From Candidatus Aceula lacicola (lineage in GTDB: Bacteria; Omnitrophota; Gorgyraeia; Zapsychrales; Aceulaceae), in the NCBI GenBank assembly GCA_030765785.1, contig JAVCCC010000050.1:3629-67628 (forward strand): a stretch of DNA of 64,000 nucleotides, in the 5' to 3' direction. The translations under genes and the position numbers were made by a program. The notes under the pieces are model-generated. The model worked only from the letters and a program-made list of their open reading frames with translations. It was not told the DNA's origin and searched no databases. Positions 50,554-60,893 of the stretch are shown piece by piece (the stretch's first letter is position 1; each line of letters starts with the position of its first letter).

Positions 50554-51022
50554 TTTTTATAATCCTTCCCTCAATGTGATCCGTGATATCCAAAACACCG
50601 TAAGAACGAAACGGTGCAAAGATTGTATCGGTAGCGCTACCTGGATTAAAAAAAAGAACGTTACCTGTTTTCTCATTCATAGGCTGATGCGAATGCCCAA
50701 AAATAATGGCATCGACTTTTTTCCCCTTAAATTCTTTTTTGACACGATCTAATAGAAATCTTGGCGTGCCTTCACCGTGAAACAATCCTATCGAAAATGA
50801 TTCACAATTAATAATTTGGCTTTTCGGCAGGATATTTCTCAAACTCGCTCCATCCATGTTGCCATAAACAGCTTCAACTTTACAAAATTTCTTTAATCCA
50901 TTAAGATCTTCTATCGAACAGAAATCTCCCACATGAATAATGAGATCGACTGTTTTAAGATCATCTAAAACTTCTTTAGATAATGTGCGAGAATGAGTAT
51001 CGGAAAGGACGCCTATTTTCAT
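50540..51022 (-). CDS. YfcE/MJ0936-family metallophosphoesterase
   Basis: MKIGVLSDTHS...HVGDF...GHSHQP motifs; 160 aa. Overlaps HIT by 14 nt. Confidence 0.88.
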   Translation of the reverse strand: MKIGVLSDTHSRTLSKEVLDDLKTVDLIIHVGDFCSIEDLNGLKKFCKVEAVYGNMDGASLRNILPKSQIINCESFSIGLFHGEGTPRFLLDRVKKEFKGKKVDAIIFGHSHQPMNEKTGNVLFFNPGSATDTIFAPFRSYGVLDITDHIEGRIIKIDES

Positions 51023-52647
51023 TTTACAATATAAGGTTTGTCGTACATGTTTAACAATAAATTTATCTCACCCTCACTCCAAATCCATGTCTTTTCTTGA
51101 AGCGCTTTTAGCCGTGCGCTATTTTCCAAATCTTTAAAAGAAATGATAACGCGTCTACGCGGCTTTTGGCTCAATTTCTTTGATTCGCTTAAGAATGCAC
51201 TCACATCGCCTTCGGACAACGGTTCTTCGTTTAGAACGATAAACCATGCCTCATCTGACGAATAAGCCTTGATCACATCCAGATCTCGCTTAGAAGCACT
51301 TCTCATTTTCAATGGCTTGATTTTATAAAAGCACGGTAAACGATATCGTCGACCCTCAAAATTAAACGATTCGTTATCAAAACATTTTAAAAGATCCACA
51401 ATGCGCAAAGACAATTCTTTTTGAGAAACCGATTGGAAGCTCGAAACAGATTCGCTTAATTCGACAGAAAAATGTTGTCTTTGGCGATCGAGGTCGCATC
51501 CAATAGAATTAAGTCTTTTCTGAAAAATATATTTTATCCAATACTTAAACAACTTATCCTTTAAATAATAAAAGCTTGCGCATTTCTCAACAATTCCAAA
51601 CTCAATTAAAATTGACATTTTTTGCAAAATAAAACTTTTTCGAAGATCAGCATTTGCAGCGATGTCCTCTGTTTTGTGATGATGGTTAGCAAGCGCAATC
51701 AAAAGACTACAAACTTCACGGTTATTCTTACCCGGCGATAACTGGCTAATCATAATTTCAAAATGACGACTCAAAACACCCCATTTATCAAAAATTGTAT
51801 TTTCAATGGCTTTGGATAATAGCGGTAAGAAAACTTCAGACTGATTATGGATTAAAGATAAATTCTTGATTTCACGAACGAGAATACTAAGATAAAATGG
51901 ATGACCGCCTGTAAAATCAATTAAAAAGTTTTTCAGATCTCGGCTCATCTGTATGTCGGAAAGGCAATAGCCAATAAAGCTCTGACTTGTTTCCAGTTCA
52001 AATGGGCGAATGTCGACGATCTCAAAGTGACCAAATAAAAGCGATAATTTTTCAGACAAAATTTTTCGGGCAATGTTTTGCATCGAGCTTGCCATCAGAT
52101 ACAGACATCTTTTCTGCGTCATAATGCGTTTGCCTAATTCTTGAAACACATCTGTAATAGCAAGGTCTTCGAGATTATGAAACTCGTCTAAAATAATCAA
52201 ACAAAACATTTTTGATTCTAGCGAAAAAACTTCTGGCAAAGAAATAAGCTGCCGATAGCTCTCCGCAAAACGTTTCTTATCAATATTAGACTGAATTCGC
52301 TTAATCACCTCAATGGTTTGAGGAATTTCCTTCTTTGTCGTTTCCATCAAAAGACTAAGATCGTCATGAAGAGCAAGTTGTTTTGATTTTGCAAAATTAT
52401 ACAAAATGCTTCCAACAAAATTACAGAAAATATATTTAAAATCTTTTTGATCTAGATCCAGATAAATCGTGATCAACTCTGGATCATCCAAATCAGAGAC
52501 AAACTTATGAAGAATAGAAGTTTTCCCAATATGCTGAGGACCTAAAAGTGCGACGTTTTGACGATATCCATCTTTTAGATCAATAACGCGTTTCTTGAGA
52601 ATCGCTAAAGTATTTTTTCGATCAAAAAAAAGTTTCTCTAAATCCAT
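51019..52647 (-). CDS. AAA+ ATPase (archaeal-type ATPase_2 family) with C-terminal DUF234-like domain
   Basis: Walker A LLGPQHIGKTS and Walker B LIILDEFHNL, with a roughly 150-aa C-terminal extension (...DVIKAYSSDEAWFIVLNEEPL...). 542 aa. Overlaps the MPE gene by 4 nt. Confidence 0.65.
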   Translation of the reverse strand: MDLEKLFFDRKNTLAILKKRVIDLKDGYRQNVALLGPQHIGKTSILHKFVSDLDDPELITIYLDLDQKDFKYIFCNFVGSILYNFAKSKQLALHDDLSLLMETTKKEIPQTIEVIKRIQSNIDKKRFAESYRQLISLPEVFSLESKMFCLIILDEFHNLEDLAITDVFQELGKRIMTQKRCLYLMASSMQNIARKILSEKLSLLFGHFEIVDIRPFELETSQSFIGYCLSDIQMSRDLKNFLIDFTGGHPFYLSILVREIKNLSLIHNQSEVFLPLLSKAIENTIFDKWGVLSRHFEIMISQLSPGKNNREVCSLLIALANHHHKTEDIAANADLRKSFILQKMSILIEFGIVEKCASFYYLKDKLFKYWIKYIFQKRLNSIGCDLDRQRQHFSVELSESVSSFQSVSQKELSLRIVDLLKCFDNESFNFEGRRYRLPCFYKIKPLKMRSASKRDLDVIKAYSSDEAWFIVLNEEPLSEGDVSAFLSESKKLSQKPRRRVIISFKDLENSARLKALQEKTWIWSEGEINLLLNMYDKPYIVK

Positions 52648-52662
52648 GATTTCTTTCTACAT

Positions 52663-53337
52663 TTACGGCAAAAAATATAACGGGTTGCTGGCGATAGAAT
52701 TCTTTCGAATTTCAAAATGTAAAAACGCCAACGAATCTTTTGTTCCAACCTTTGCAATCGGATCCCCTGATGCAACAAGATCTCCAACAGAAACTAAAAT
52801 ATCTGAATTCTGACCATATACCGTCAAATAACCATCCGCATGATCCACCATCACGGTCTGCCCATAGCCTGGGAGATAATCTGCAAAAACCACCTTCCCT
52901 CCACGGGACGTATAAACATCTTTACCAAGCGCAGACTTGATATCAATCCCATTATTGGCAGCATTCAAGTCTTGATTGCCAAAATAAGAAATGATCTTTC
53001 CCTTTACTGGCCACTTAAATTCATCGCTAACAAAAACTTCCTTAGTTGACGCAAGGGTCCTCTGTTCACTTGCACCAGGAATAAAAATCAATTGATTTTC
53101 CTGAATCTGAGCTGCATTAGAAATATTGTTTGCCCTCACAAGCTCTTCGACCGTTAAATCATACACTTTGGCAATACGCCAAAGGGTCTCTTTCTTTTTA
53201 GCCTTGTGATAAATCCCTCGCTGCTGATAACCCTGTCTTTTCAAAGAATCACGTGAATACGTTGCACAACCACTAATGGCTAAATACAGCAACGATAATA
53301 ATATCAAACAAAATTTCTTTATATCTAGTCTCATCAA
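52663..53337 (-). CDS. LysM-M23 peptidase lipoprotein (NlpD-like)
   Basis: Lipobox (AISGC), a LysM (ETLWRIAKVYDLTVEEL) and an M23 domain (HADGYLTVYGQ...LHFEIR). Confidence 0.85.
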   Translation of the reverse strand: MMRLDIKKFCLILLSLLYLAISGCATYSRDSLKRQGYQQRGIYHKAKKKETLWRIAKVYDLTVEELVRANNISNAAQIQENQLIFIPGASEQRTLASTKEVFVSDEFKWPVKGKIISYFGNQDLNAANNGIDIKSALGKDVYTSRGGKVVFADYLPGYGQTVMVDHADGYLTVYGQNSDILVSVGDLVASGDPIAKVGTKDSLAFLHFEIRKNSIASNPLYFLP

Positions 53338-53346
53338 ATTCTTAAA

Positions 53347-53418
<72 letters not shown>

Positions 53419-53434
53419 ACTTCCCTCAAAATTT

Positions 53435-53857
53435 TCAAAATAAATTGGAAATCTTTCGCTCCAACTCATAAACGCGATAACGCATCTTTTTACACGCTAA
53501 AGCTTTTTTAGAATCCATCAATTTCATAAATTCTTCTAAAACACGAATCGATTCTTTGCTGCGCTGAGAATTAGCATAAAAAATATCTTCAATGCCTTTT
53601 CGCTTAAGCTCAGTAGCAACTGTTTTCTTACCGACATCTTTTAGAATATTTCGCGCACAAATAACATTCTTCTTGTGCCCATCTATAAAAGAACATGCCT
53701 GCGTCAATTGATGACGGATATTTTTATACTGCTCCGTTTCTTTTTTCCGATCAAGAACAAAACGTGCAATATCTTCACAAATTCTTAATCCCTCTTTAGC
53801 CCGATTCAAATTCACATCGACAACACGCAATATTTTCTTCTTTTCAATTATGCGCAT
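53435..53857 (-). CDS. hypothetical protein (140 aa)
   Basis: ORF co-directional and overlapping with the hldC-like gene; no family recognised. Confidence 0.4.
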   Translation of the reverse strand: MRIIEKKKILRVVDVNLNRAKEGLRICEDIARFVLDRKKETEQYKNIRHQLTQACSFIDGHKKNVICARNILKDVGKKTVATELKRKGIEDIFYANSQRSKESIRVLEEFMKLMDSKKALACKKMRYRVYELERKISNLF

Positions 53858-54333
53858 TTCTTTAAAACCGCTTTAACAATATTCGTCGTTGAAAACCCTT
53901 TAAGATATTTGACAAGCTTAACTCTTCCACCATTAACTTTTACGATATCCTCGCCGACAATACCTTTTGATTTCCAGTCAGCCCCCTTAACAAGAACATC
54001 TGGCTTTAAAGCCTTAATCGTTTCATACGGCGTCTCCTCGCTAAAAATCGTAACGAAATCAACAGCTTCTAAGCCTGCGACAACACCCGCTCGTGATTCT
54101 TGAGACTGAATCGGCCTTCCTTTTGTCTTTATCTTTTTAACCGATGCGTCGCTATTGACGGCAACAATCAAAACATCCCGATCACCCTTAATCTTCTCTA
54201 AATAATTAACATGGCCAACATGCAAAAGATCAAAACACCCATTAGTAAAAATAATCTTCAAACCCTTCTTTCGAAGAGCAACGATTTTCTTCTTTAAAAC
54301 AGTTAAGCTTACGATTTTCTTTTGCGTATTCAT
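53848..54333 (-). CDS. D-beta-D-heptose 1-phosphate adenylyltransferase (standalone RfaE domain II / HldC-like)
   Basis: Cytidylyltransferase motif FTNGCFDLLHVGHVNYL; 161 aa with no kinase domain. Confidence 0.85.
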   Translation of the reverse strand: MNTQKKIVSLTVLKKKIVALRKKGLKIIFTNGCFDLLHVGHVNYLEKIKGDRDVLIVAVNSDASVKKIKTKGRPIQSQESRAGVVAGLEAVDFVTIFSEETPYETIKALKPDVLVKGADWKSKGIVGEDIVKVNGGRVKLVKYLKGFSTTNIVKAVLKKCA

Positions 54334-54902
54334 TTCTTACTAAACTTCTTCTCTACAAGTTCGCAAATAACATGGGCCAAGCAAATATGAGACTCTTGTA
54401 CTCTCGCTGTATTTTTAGATGGAACAATGATGCTAATATCAGATGCCTTGGCGATCGCCCCACCTGCCCCTCCAGTCAACGAAATTGTTTTCATTCCAAT
54501 TTTATTTGCCTTTTTAATCGCCTCTAGAACATTTTTAGAACTTCCGCTTGTTGACAAGCCAATAGCAATATCCTTAGCTGTGCCAAGACCTTCTATCTGG
54601 CGAGAAAAAACAATATCAAAACTATAATCATTGGCTAATGCCGTTAAAATAGAGGTGTCTGTCGTCAGGGCAATCGCAGGAATTGATTTTCTTTCTTCTT
54701 GAAATCGACCAATAAATTCTGCTGCCACATGCTGGCTATCAGCCGCAGATCCTCCGTTTCCAAACAAAATAATCTTGCCACCCTTTTTAAGTGTTCTTCC
54801 AATAGCATCAACCGCTTTGATAAGCGTATCAATATTCTTTTCAACTGCCTCTTGCTTAATAGTAATAGAATCTAAAATGATTTGATGAATAATTTTCTTC
54901 AT
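54330..54902 (-). CDS. gmhA: phosphoheptose (sedoheptulose-7-phosphate) isomerase
   Basis: SIS domain (ILFGNGGSAADSQH...) of 190 aa. Confidence 0.88.
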   Translation of the reverse strand: MKKIIHQIILDSITIKQEAVEKNIDTLIKAVDAIGRTLKKGGKIILFGNGGSAADSQHVAAEFIGRFQEERKSIPAIALTTDTSILTALANDYSFDIVFSRQIEGLGTAKDIAIGLSTSGSSKNVLEAIKKANKIGMKTISLTGGAGGAIAKASDISIIVPSKNTARVQESHICLAHVICELVEKKFSKK

Positions 54903-54919
54903 AAATATCCTTAATAATC

Positions 54920-55948
54920 TTATTCGGCAAAAAAAACTTTTGCCATGTCATAAATTTCCATGTTGACTGTTTTACGTTCTTCAACAGCACGCTCAATCGG
55001 AACTGACTGAATCACATTATTGTGAAGACTAACCATTTGGCCAAATTTCTCTTCTCTCGCCAAGCTGATGGCATGAACTCCAAAACGCGTTCCAATTATC
55101 CGATCATAAGCAGATGGCGTTCCACCTCGCTGAATATAACCTAAAACACTTACACGCGTATCGTATCCTGTTCCTTGCTCGATAGCTTGTGCGATTGATT
55201 CGCTAATACCGCCAAATCGATGCTGCTTATCAACAACCTCGCTAAACTCCGGATGATCTTTGCACTTCACCCCTTCAGCAACAACAATGATGCTAAATGT
55301 CTTTCCTCTTTGATGTCTCCTTCGAAGCGATTCGCAAACTTCCTCAATATCAACCGGCATTTCCGGAATCATAATGATATCAGCGCCTCCGGCGATACCT
55401 GACTCAAGAGCTACCCAACCCGTGTATCGACCCATAACCTCGATAACCATGATGCGATGGTGACTCTCTGCCGTTGTGTGCAATCGATCAATACATTCCG
55501 TTGCAACATTAACAGCCGTGTCAAACCCAAATGCGTAATCTGTTCCAGATAACGAATTATCGATAGACTTTGGAACACCTATAACTTTGATTACTTTTCG
55601 TCGATAAAGTTCTAACGCGACTTTAAGCGTTACCTCTCCCCCAACGACAATAAGCGCATCAATTCCGCTGCGCTTGTAATTCTCTTCAATCTTTCTTATT
55701 TGCTCTGGATTGTCTAATGGATTTATACGGCTTGTTCCAAGAAGCGTTCCACCGCGATCTAAAATGCCAGATGTTTGCTTCAAATCCAACACTTTCATAT
55801 CGTTATCAATTAGTCCAAGCCATCCATTTTTAATACCCGTAATGACATAGCCGTCTTGAATCCCTTTTCGAACAATAGCTCGAATAACAGAATTTAATCC
55901 TGGACAATCAGCGCCACCGGTTAAAATACCTATCTTTTTCATAAACAA
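54920..55948 (-). CDS. pfk: 6-phosphofructokinase family protein with atypical active-site motifs
   Basis: GILTGGADCPGLN, MGRYTG and a GYIQRGG loop are present. GGEVT replaces GGDGS and PKSIDNS replaces PGTIDND. 342 aa. Confidence 0.8.
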   Translation of the reverse strand: MFMKKIGILTGGADCPGLNSVIRAIVRKGIQDGYVITGIKNGWLGLIDNDMKVLDLKQTSGILDRGGTLLGTSRINPLDNPEQIRKIEENYKRSGIDALIVVGGEVTLKVALELYRRKVIKVIGVPKSIDNSLSGTDYAFGFDTAVNVATECIDRLHTTAESHHRIMVIEVMGRYTGWVALESGIAGGADIIMIPEMPVDIEEVCESLRRRHQRGKTFSIIVVAEGVKCKDHPEFSEVVDKQHRFGGISESIAQAIEQGTGYDTRVSVLGYIQRGGTPSAYDRIIGTRFGVHAISLAREEKFGQMVSLHNNVIQSVPIERAVEERKTVNMEIYDMAKVFFAE

Positions 55949-55963
55949 ACCTACCTGTTAGTT

Positions 55964-56575
55964 CTATTTACGATATCCCTGAAAAGGAACCGAAAGCTCT
56001 TCCTTTTCCTCTGCCTCATCATTCTTTCGATTCTTTTCTTTTCCCGATGAAGAAACAATCTTTGTGACATGAATTTTTATAATCACATTCTCCTCAATAC
56101 CTAAAACATCTTGAACTCTCGTCTTAATTAATTCTTGCAACTGTGCTGTCATGTCTGGAATACTAACATCCGACTTTAGAATTAATCGCGATGTAACCTC
56201 AATGCCTTTTTTTGTCGCAAGAATGCTCGGCTTAATTTCTTTAACCTCAGAAATTCCAGAAACCGATCGTTTAATCATATCTTCTAGCGCACTCAATGAA
56301 ATGCTAACGCGACCAGAAGGATTATCAAACGCAATCGTTTTTTCTTTTTGTTGACTACCAGTAATAATACGTGCAAAAAGAAGGCTTAAGAACATGATTG
56401 CCGCTGAAACCACAACGATAACAAAGCGAAGATTCAAATCATTGTATGCAATATCCAAATAATAACTTATCTCAGCCAAAGTAATCGCATGCGTTGCCAG
56501 CGAAATAATAAAACCCCCGATAAATAAAATAATAGCAACATAAAATAACATAGCAAGACGCGTAAACACTCTCAT
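55964..56575 (-). CDS. AmaP-like membrane anchor / Asp23-family membrane protein
   Basis: Two N-terminal TM helices followed by an Asp23-like soluble region, immediately downstream of the Asp23 gene. Confidence 0.55.
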   Translation of the reverse strand: MRVFTRLAMLFYVAIILFIGGFIISLATHAITLAEISYYLDIAYNDLNLRFVIVVVSAAIMFLSLLFARIITGSQQKEKTIAFDNPSGRVSISLSALEDMIKRSVSGISEVKEIKPSILATKKGIEVTSRLILKSDVSIPDMTAQLQELIKTRVQDVLGIEENVIIKIHVTKIVSSSGKEKNRKNDEAEEKEELSVPFQGYRK

Positions 56576-56955
56576 TATGCCCCTCCTTCGATGCCTTGGA
56601 TGTTGATATGAACATCCTTTAGGTTAATATCTGTCGTTCGATCAATCGCATCACGAATCGCATCTTGAAGCTGACGAGATGCGTCTGGAATGTTGACTCC
56701 ATACTGAACGCAAATTCGAACTTCAATGCTCACTTCATTGTCTTTGTCAATAGTAACAATGATTCCGGAATGATTTCTTTTGCGTAAAACTTTTAAAAGA
56801 CTTCCAATGAAATTTTCTGAGGCAAGAATAATGCCTCCAGCTTCATGCACAACAGACAAAACAATATCAGCTAAAACTTTTTTGTGGATTTGAATGGACC
56901 CGTAGTCAACTTTTTGGTCTTGTTTCATTTGAGCGTCTCCCTCTGAAATGTTCAA
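56575..56955 (-). CDS. Asp23/Gls24-family alkaline shock protein
   Basis: 126 aa with the Asp23 core (IQIHKKVLADIVLSVVHEAGGI). Confidence 0.8.
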   Translation of the reverse strand: MNISEGDAQMKQDQKVDYGSIQIHKKVLADIVLSVVHEAGGIILASENFIGSLLKVLRKRNHSGIIVTIDKDNEVSIEVRICVQYGVNIPDASRQLQDAIRDAIDRTTDINLKDVHINIQGIEGGA

Positions 56956-56958
56956 AAG

Positions 56959-58320
56959 TTATTTATGTAAATCAGATTCTGTCTTCGCCATTTTCTCTAA
57001 AAAACTTGTAGTTACAGTTCCTTTTAAGAAAGATGGATTTTGGAGAATCTTTTTATGAAAATTAATCGTCGTCTTAATTGGCGCGACATAAAATTCATCT
57101 AATGCTCTAGATAATGTTTTAATGGCTTCTGCTCTTGTTTTTCCGTAAACAATAAGTTTTGCAACCATCGAATCATAAAATGGGCTAATCATATAATGCG
57201 GATAAATATGTGTATCAACGCGAACACCTGGCCCTCCTGGTAAATTCAACTCTTCAATTCTTCCTGGACATGGCATAAAATTATTTTCAGGATCCTCTGC
57301 GTTAATACGACACTCGATTGCTGCGCCAGTAATTTGAACATCTTCTTGCTTAATTTTAAGTTTTTCGCCAGCGGCAGAACGAATCTGTTCTTTTAAAATA
57401 TCAACACCTGTGACCATCTCCGTGACAGGATGTTCAACCTGAACACGCGTATTCATTTCCATAAAATAAAAAGAACCATCCTCATCAAGAAGAAACTCTA
57501 CCGTTCCTACGCCTCTATAATTCACAGCCTTCGCACCCTTAACAGCCATCTCGCCCATTTTTTTACGCATCTTACTGCTTAATGCAGGCGATGGCGCTTC
57601 TTCTAAAAGTTTTTGATGTCGTCTTTGAATGCTGCAATCACGTTCACCGAGATGAATTATGTTTCCAAAATTATCTGCTAGAATTTGAATTTCAATATGC
57701 CGAGGATTCGTAATAAATTTCTCAATATAAACATCTGGATTACCAAAGCTCGCCTCTGCTTCAGTTTGTGCCATCGTTAACGAGCTAACAAGCGTCACAT
57801 CGTTGTGGCAAACACGCATTCCTTTGCCGCCACCACCTGCTGTTGCTTTAATAATAACAGGATACTTAATCTTTTTCACAAGATTCATCGCTTCTTCTTT
57901 ACTTTTTACGATAGAATTTCCACCTGGAGTTACAGGAACTCCGGCTTTTTTCATAACACTTCGAGCAGAAACCTTATCGCCCATCATACGCATCGATTCT
58001 GGCGTTGGTCCGATAAAAGCAATGTGACATGATTCACAAATTTCAGCAAAATGTGCATTCTCTGCCAAAAATCCGTATCCAGGATGGATCGCTTCAACAT
58101 TTGTAATTTCAGCAGCAGAGATAATAGCTGGAATATTTAAATAGCTGTCTTTGCTTGGTGCATTTCCAATACAAACAGCTTCGTCAGCAAATCGAACGTG
58201 CAAAGAATCTCGATCCGCCACAGAATAAACCGCAACTGTACTAACTCCGAGCTCTTTACAAGCACGAATAATACGAAGAGCGATTTCCCCGCGATTAGCA
58301 ATTAAAATTTTTGAAAACAT
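56959..58320 (-). CDS. accC: acetyl-CoA carboxylase biotin carboxylase subunit
   Basis: ATP-grasp fold, [20 protein letters not shown]..., 453 aa. Confidence 0.96.
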   Translation of the reverse strand: MFSKILIANRGEIALRIIRACKELGVSTVAVYSVADRDSLHVRFADEAVCIGNAPSKDSYLNIPAIISAAEITNVEAIHPGYGFLAENAHFAEICESCHIAFIGPTPESMRMMGDKVSARSVMKKAGVPVTPGGNSIVKSKEEAMNLVKKIKYPVIIKATAGGGGKGMRVCHNDVTLVSSLTMAQTEAEASFGNPDVYIEKFITNPRHIEIQILADNFGNIIHLGERDCSIQRRHQKLLEEAPSPALSSKMRKKMGEMAVKGAKAVNYRGVGTVEFLLDEDGSFYFMEMNTRVQVEHPVTEMVTGVDILKEQIRSAAGEKLKIKQEDVQITGAAIECRINAEDPENNFMPCPGRIEELNLPGGPGVRVDTHIYPHYMISPFYDSMVAKLIVYGKTRAEAIKTLSRALDEFYVAPIKTTINFHKKILQNPSFLKGTVTTSFLEKMAKTESDLHK

Positions 58321-58332
58321 AAGCGTAATTTC

Positions 58333-58779
58333 TTAAACCGGTTCAACGAGAAACATCACAGTGCCAAATTCAACTGGCTCAGCATTCTCGACTTTAATTT
58401 CTACAATTTTTCCTCGAACATCAGATTTGATTTCATTCATCAATTTCATCGCTTCTAAAATACAAAGAACTTGTCCAACCTCAACAACTTGACCAACTTC
58501 TACAAAGGGAGGCGCATCTGGAGACGGAGAACGATAAAATGTCCCAACCATTGGCGTTTTGATTTCCTTTAACCCTGCGGCTAAAGAAGCTTCTGGCGCA
58601 GCTGAAGCAATTAGCTGAGCCGCAGCCACAGGAGCAACGCTTGGGCTTGAAACAACAACAGGAGCATCTGTTGGCCCTTTGCTAATTTTAATTTTCGATC
58701 CTTCCCTCTCAACTTCAACCTGAGAAAGATCATTTTCATTCATCAATTTAATAATTTCTTTGATCTCTTTTAGATTCAT
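58333..58779 (-). CDS. accB: biotin carboxyl carrier protein
   Basis: Biotinyl-lysine motif EAMKLMNEI; 148 aa. Confidence 0.93.
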   Translation of the reverse strand: MNLKEIKEIIKLMNENDLSQVEVEREGSKIKISKGPTDAPVVVSSPSVAPVAAAQLIASAAPEASLAAGLKEIKTPMVGTFYRSPSPDAPPFVEVGQVVEVGQVLCILEAMKLMNEIKSDVRGKIVEIKVENAEPVEFGTVMFLVEPV

Positions 58780-59342
58780 TTTCTTACCCTTTCAACATAA
58801 GTTCCTGTTCGCGTATCTACTTTAATCCACTCTTCATTTCCTATAAAGAGCGGAACTTGAATATCTGCACCACTATCAATTTTGGCTGGCTTGGTTCCAG
58901 CTCGAGCAGAATCACCTTTTACTCCAGGCTCAGTCTCAACAATTTGCGTCTTAATAAAATTCGGCAAGCTAATTTTTAAAACCTGACCTTCATAAACATG
59001 GCCCGTAACATCTAGGTTATCTTGCAAATACTTGATATCGTTACCCATCAAATCTTCAGAAACAATCTGCTCCTCGAAAGTCGATTGATCCATCAAATGA
59101 AGACTTTTACCTGAACGATATAAAAATTGCAATATTCGATCTTCTAAAAAAATATCATCGAGTTTTTCTGAACTTTTAAAAGTTCTCTCGATGACAAGCC
59201 CTGATTTAAGATTTTTTAACTTAACACGAACAAACGCGCTACCTTTTCCTGGTTTAACATGACTATAATCAGCAACAACATAAATATTATTGTCAACCCT
59301 AAGCCCCATACCAGATGTAATTTGATTGATCGTTATTGTCAT
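58776..59342 (-). CDS. efp: elongation factor P
   Basis: 188 aa with the KPGKGSAF loop. Confidence 0.95.
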   Translation of the reverse strand: MTITINQITSGMGLRVDNNIYVVADYSHVKPGKGSAFVRVKLKNLKSGLVIERTFKSSEKLDDIFLEDRILQFLYRSGKSLHLMDQSTFEEQIVSEDLMGNDIKYLQDNLDVTGHVYEGQVLKISLPNFIKTQIVETEPGVKGDSARAGTKPAKIDSGADIQVPLFIGNEEWIKVDTRTGTYVERVRK

Positions 59343-59391
59343 AAAAACCCTTAATACAATTACTTATATTAAAAAAAAATATAATACCTAA

Positions 59392-60438
59392 TTATTTACT
59401 TAAAACTTTACACCCGCGAGACGTTACTAAAACCATGTCTTCAACACGAATGCCAAATTGTCCGGGAAAATAAACGCCTGGCTCTACCGTAAAGACCATT
59501 CCTTCTTGAAGTTTCGAAGAATTCTTTAAAGATATAACTGGAACCTCGTGAACTTCTAACCCTATTCCATGACCTAAAGAATGAACGAAAAATTTATCTA
59601 TCTTGTTTTCTTTAAGAAAGTTACGGGCCTGCTGATCAACCTCGCTAATCAAAACACCTGGTTTAATTTTCTGAATCGCAACTCGCTGCGCCTCCCTCAC
59701 AAGACGATAAACATCCCCTATAGATTGGGGTATTTTACCCAAAAAGAACACCCGTGTCAAGTCAGACTTATAGCCATCAATGTCAATTCCCATATCAATA
59801 ACAATAGGCTCTCCTCGTCGGACTTTTCGAGTTGTAATGCGAGCATGTGGGAAACAAGAATTGGGCCCAGAAGCAATAATCGGCCTAAACGAAAACTCAG
59901 CGTTATGCCGCTTAACGTAACGCTCCAGCTTAACCAAAATCTCTTGCTCAGTCATCCCTGGGCGTATGATTCTTTTGAGATATTGATAGCATTTCAAATT
60001 AAGAACAATAGCTTTATCAATCTTTCGGACCTCTTGCCCTGTCTTGATCATACGAAGCTGTTCTATGAGCCCGCCTACTGAAACAAGCTTAACCTTTCGT
60101 TTCATTGCTTTTCGTAATTTCTGAAAAGAAGAAACGGAAATATGTTTTTCGTCAAATCCTAAACGCTTTATTTTTAACTGGAGGGCTAAATCTAAGACGG
60201 TAGAAAACATCGATTTAGAATACTCAACAATCTCAATTCCACTTTTCAGGTTCTTCTTAACCTCTAAAGTATAACGAGCATCTGTAATATAAAATAATCG
60301 TTTGGGAGAAATCAAAAACCAAGCATCTTCAGACGGAAAGCCAGTCAAGTACGCAATATTGACACTTTTCGTTACAAGAAAAGCATCAACATCTGACTTA
60401 TCCAAAATAAATCTAGTATTTTTCTTTAATGAATTCAC
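59392..60438 (-). CDS. pepP: Xaa-Pro aminopeptidase / M24B family peptidase
   Basis: Creatinase N-terminal domain and an M24 pita-bread C-terminal domain ([13 protein letters not shown]). Confidence 0.88.
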   Translation of the reverse strand: MNSLKKNTRFILDKSDVDAFLVTKSVNIAYLTGFPSEDAWFLISPKRLFYITDARYTLEVKKNLKSGIEIVEYSKSMFSTVLDLALQLKIKRLGFDEKHISVSSFQKLRKAMKRKVKLVSVGGLIEQLRMIKTGQEVRKIDKAIVLNLKCYQYLKRIIRPGMTEQEILVKLERYVKRHNAEFSFRPIIASGPNSCFPHARITTRKVRRGEPIVIDMGIDIDGYKSDLTRVFFLGKIPQSIGDVYRLVREAQRVAIQKIKPGVLISEVDQQARNFLKENKIDKFFVHSLGHGIGLEVHEVPVISLKNSSKLQEGMVFTVEPGVYFPGQFGIRVEDMVLVTSRGCKVLSK

Positions 60439-60890
60439 TTCTTTGCTAAGGATAGAATAGCCTGGAGACCGAGAACGTAGCTATGTGGACCAAATCCACA
60501 AATTTGCCCTGTGCTTACAGGAGCAATGAGCGACGTTTGACGAAATTCTTCACGCGCATAGACATTTGACAAATGAACTTCAACTGTTGGCAAATCAGCT
60601 GCTGCAACAGCATCACGAATCGCAACGCTCGTGTGCGTGTATGCTGCAGGATTAATCAAGATTGCATCAAATTCTTTTTTCGGAGCACCGCCGATGGCAT
60701 CAACAATCTGACCCTCATGATTTGTTTGCATATATTCTAAAGTTACATTACTTTTTCGTGCCACTTTCTCAAGCATGTTATTAATGTCCGAAAGTGAAGT
60801 TTTACCGTAAATATCCGTTTCTCTTGTTCCCAAAAGATCTAAGTTTGGTCCATGAATAACTAAAATTTTCTTCATCATGCTTCCTTTCAT
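60435..60890 (-). CDS. aroQ: type II 3-dehydroquinate dehydratase
   Basis: [16 protein letters not shown]...[10 protein letters not shown] motifs; 151 aa. Confidence 0.93.
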   Translation of the reverse strand: MKGSMMKKILVIHGPNLDLLGTRETDIYGKTSLSDINNMLEKVARKSNVTLEYMQTNHEGQIVDAIGGAPKKEFDAILINPAAYTHTSVAIRDAVAAADLPTVEVHLSNVYAREEFRQTSLIAPVSTGQICGFGPHSYVLGLQAILSLAKK

Positions 60891-60893
60891 TAA

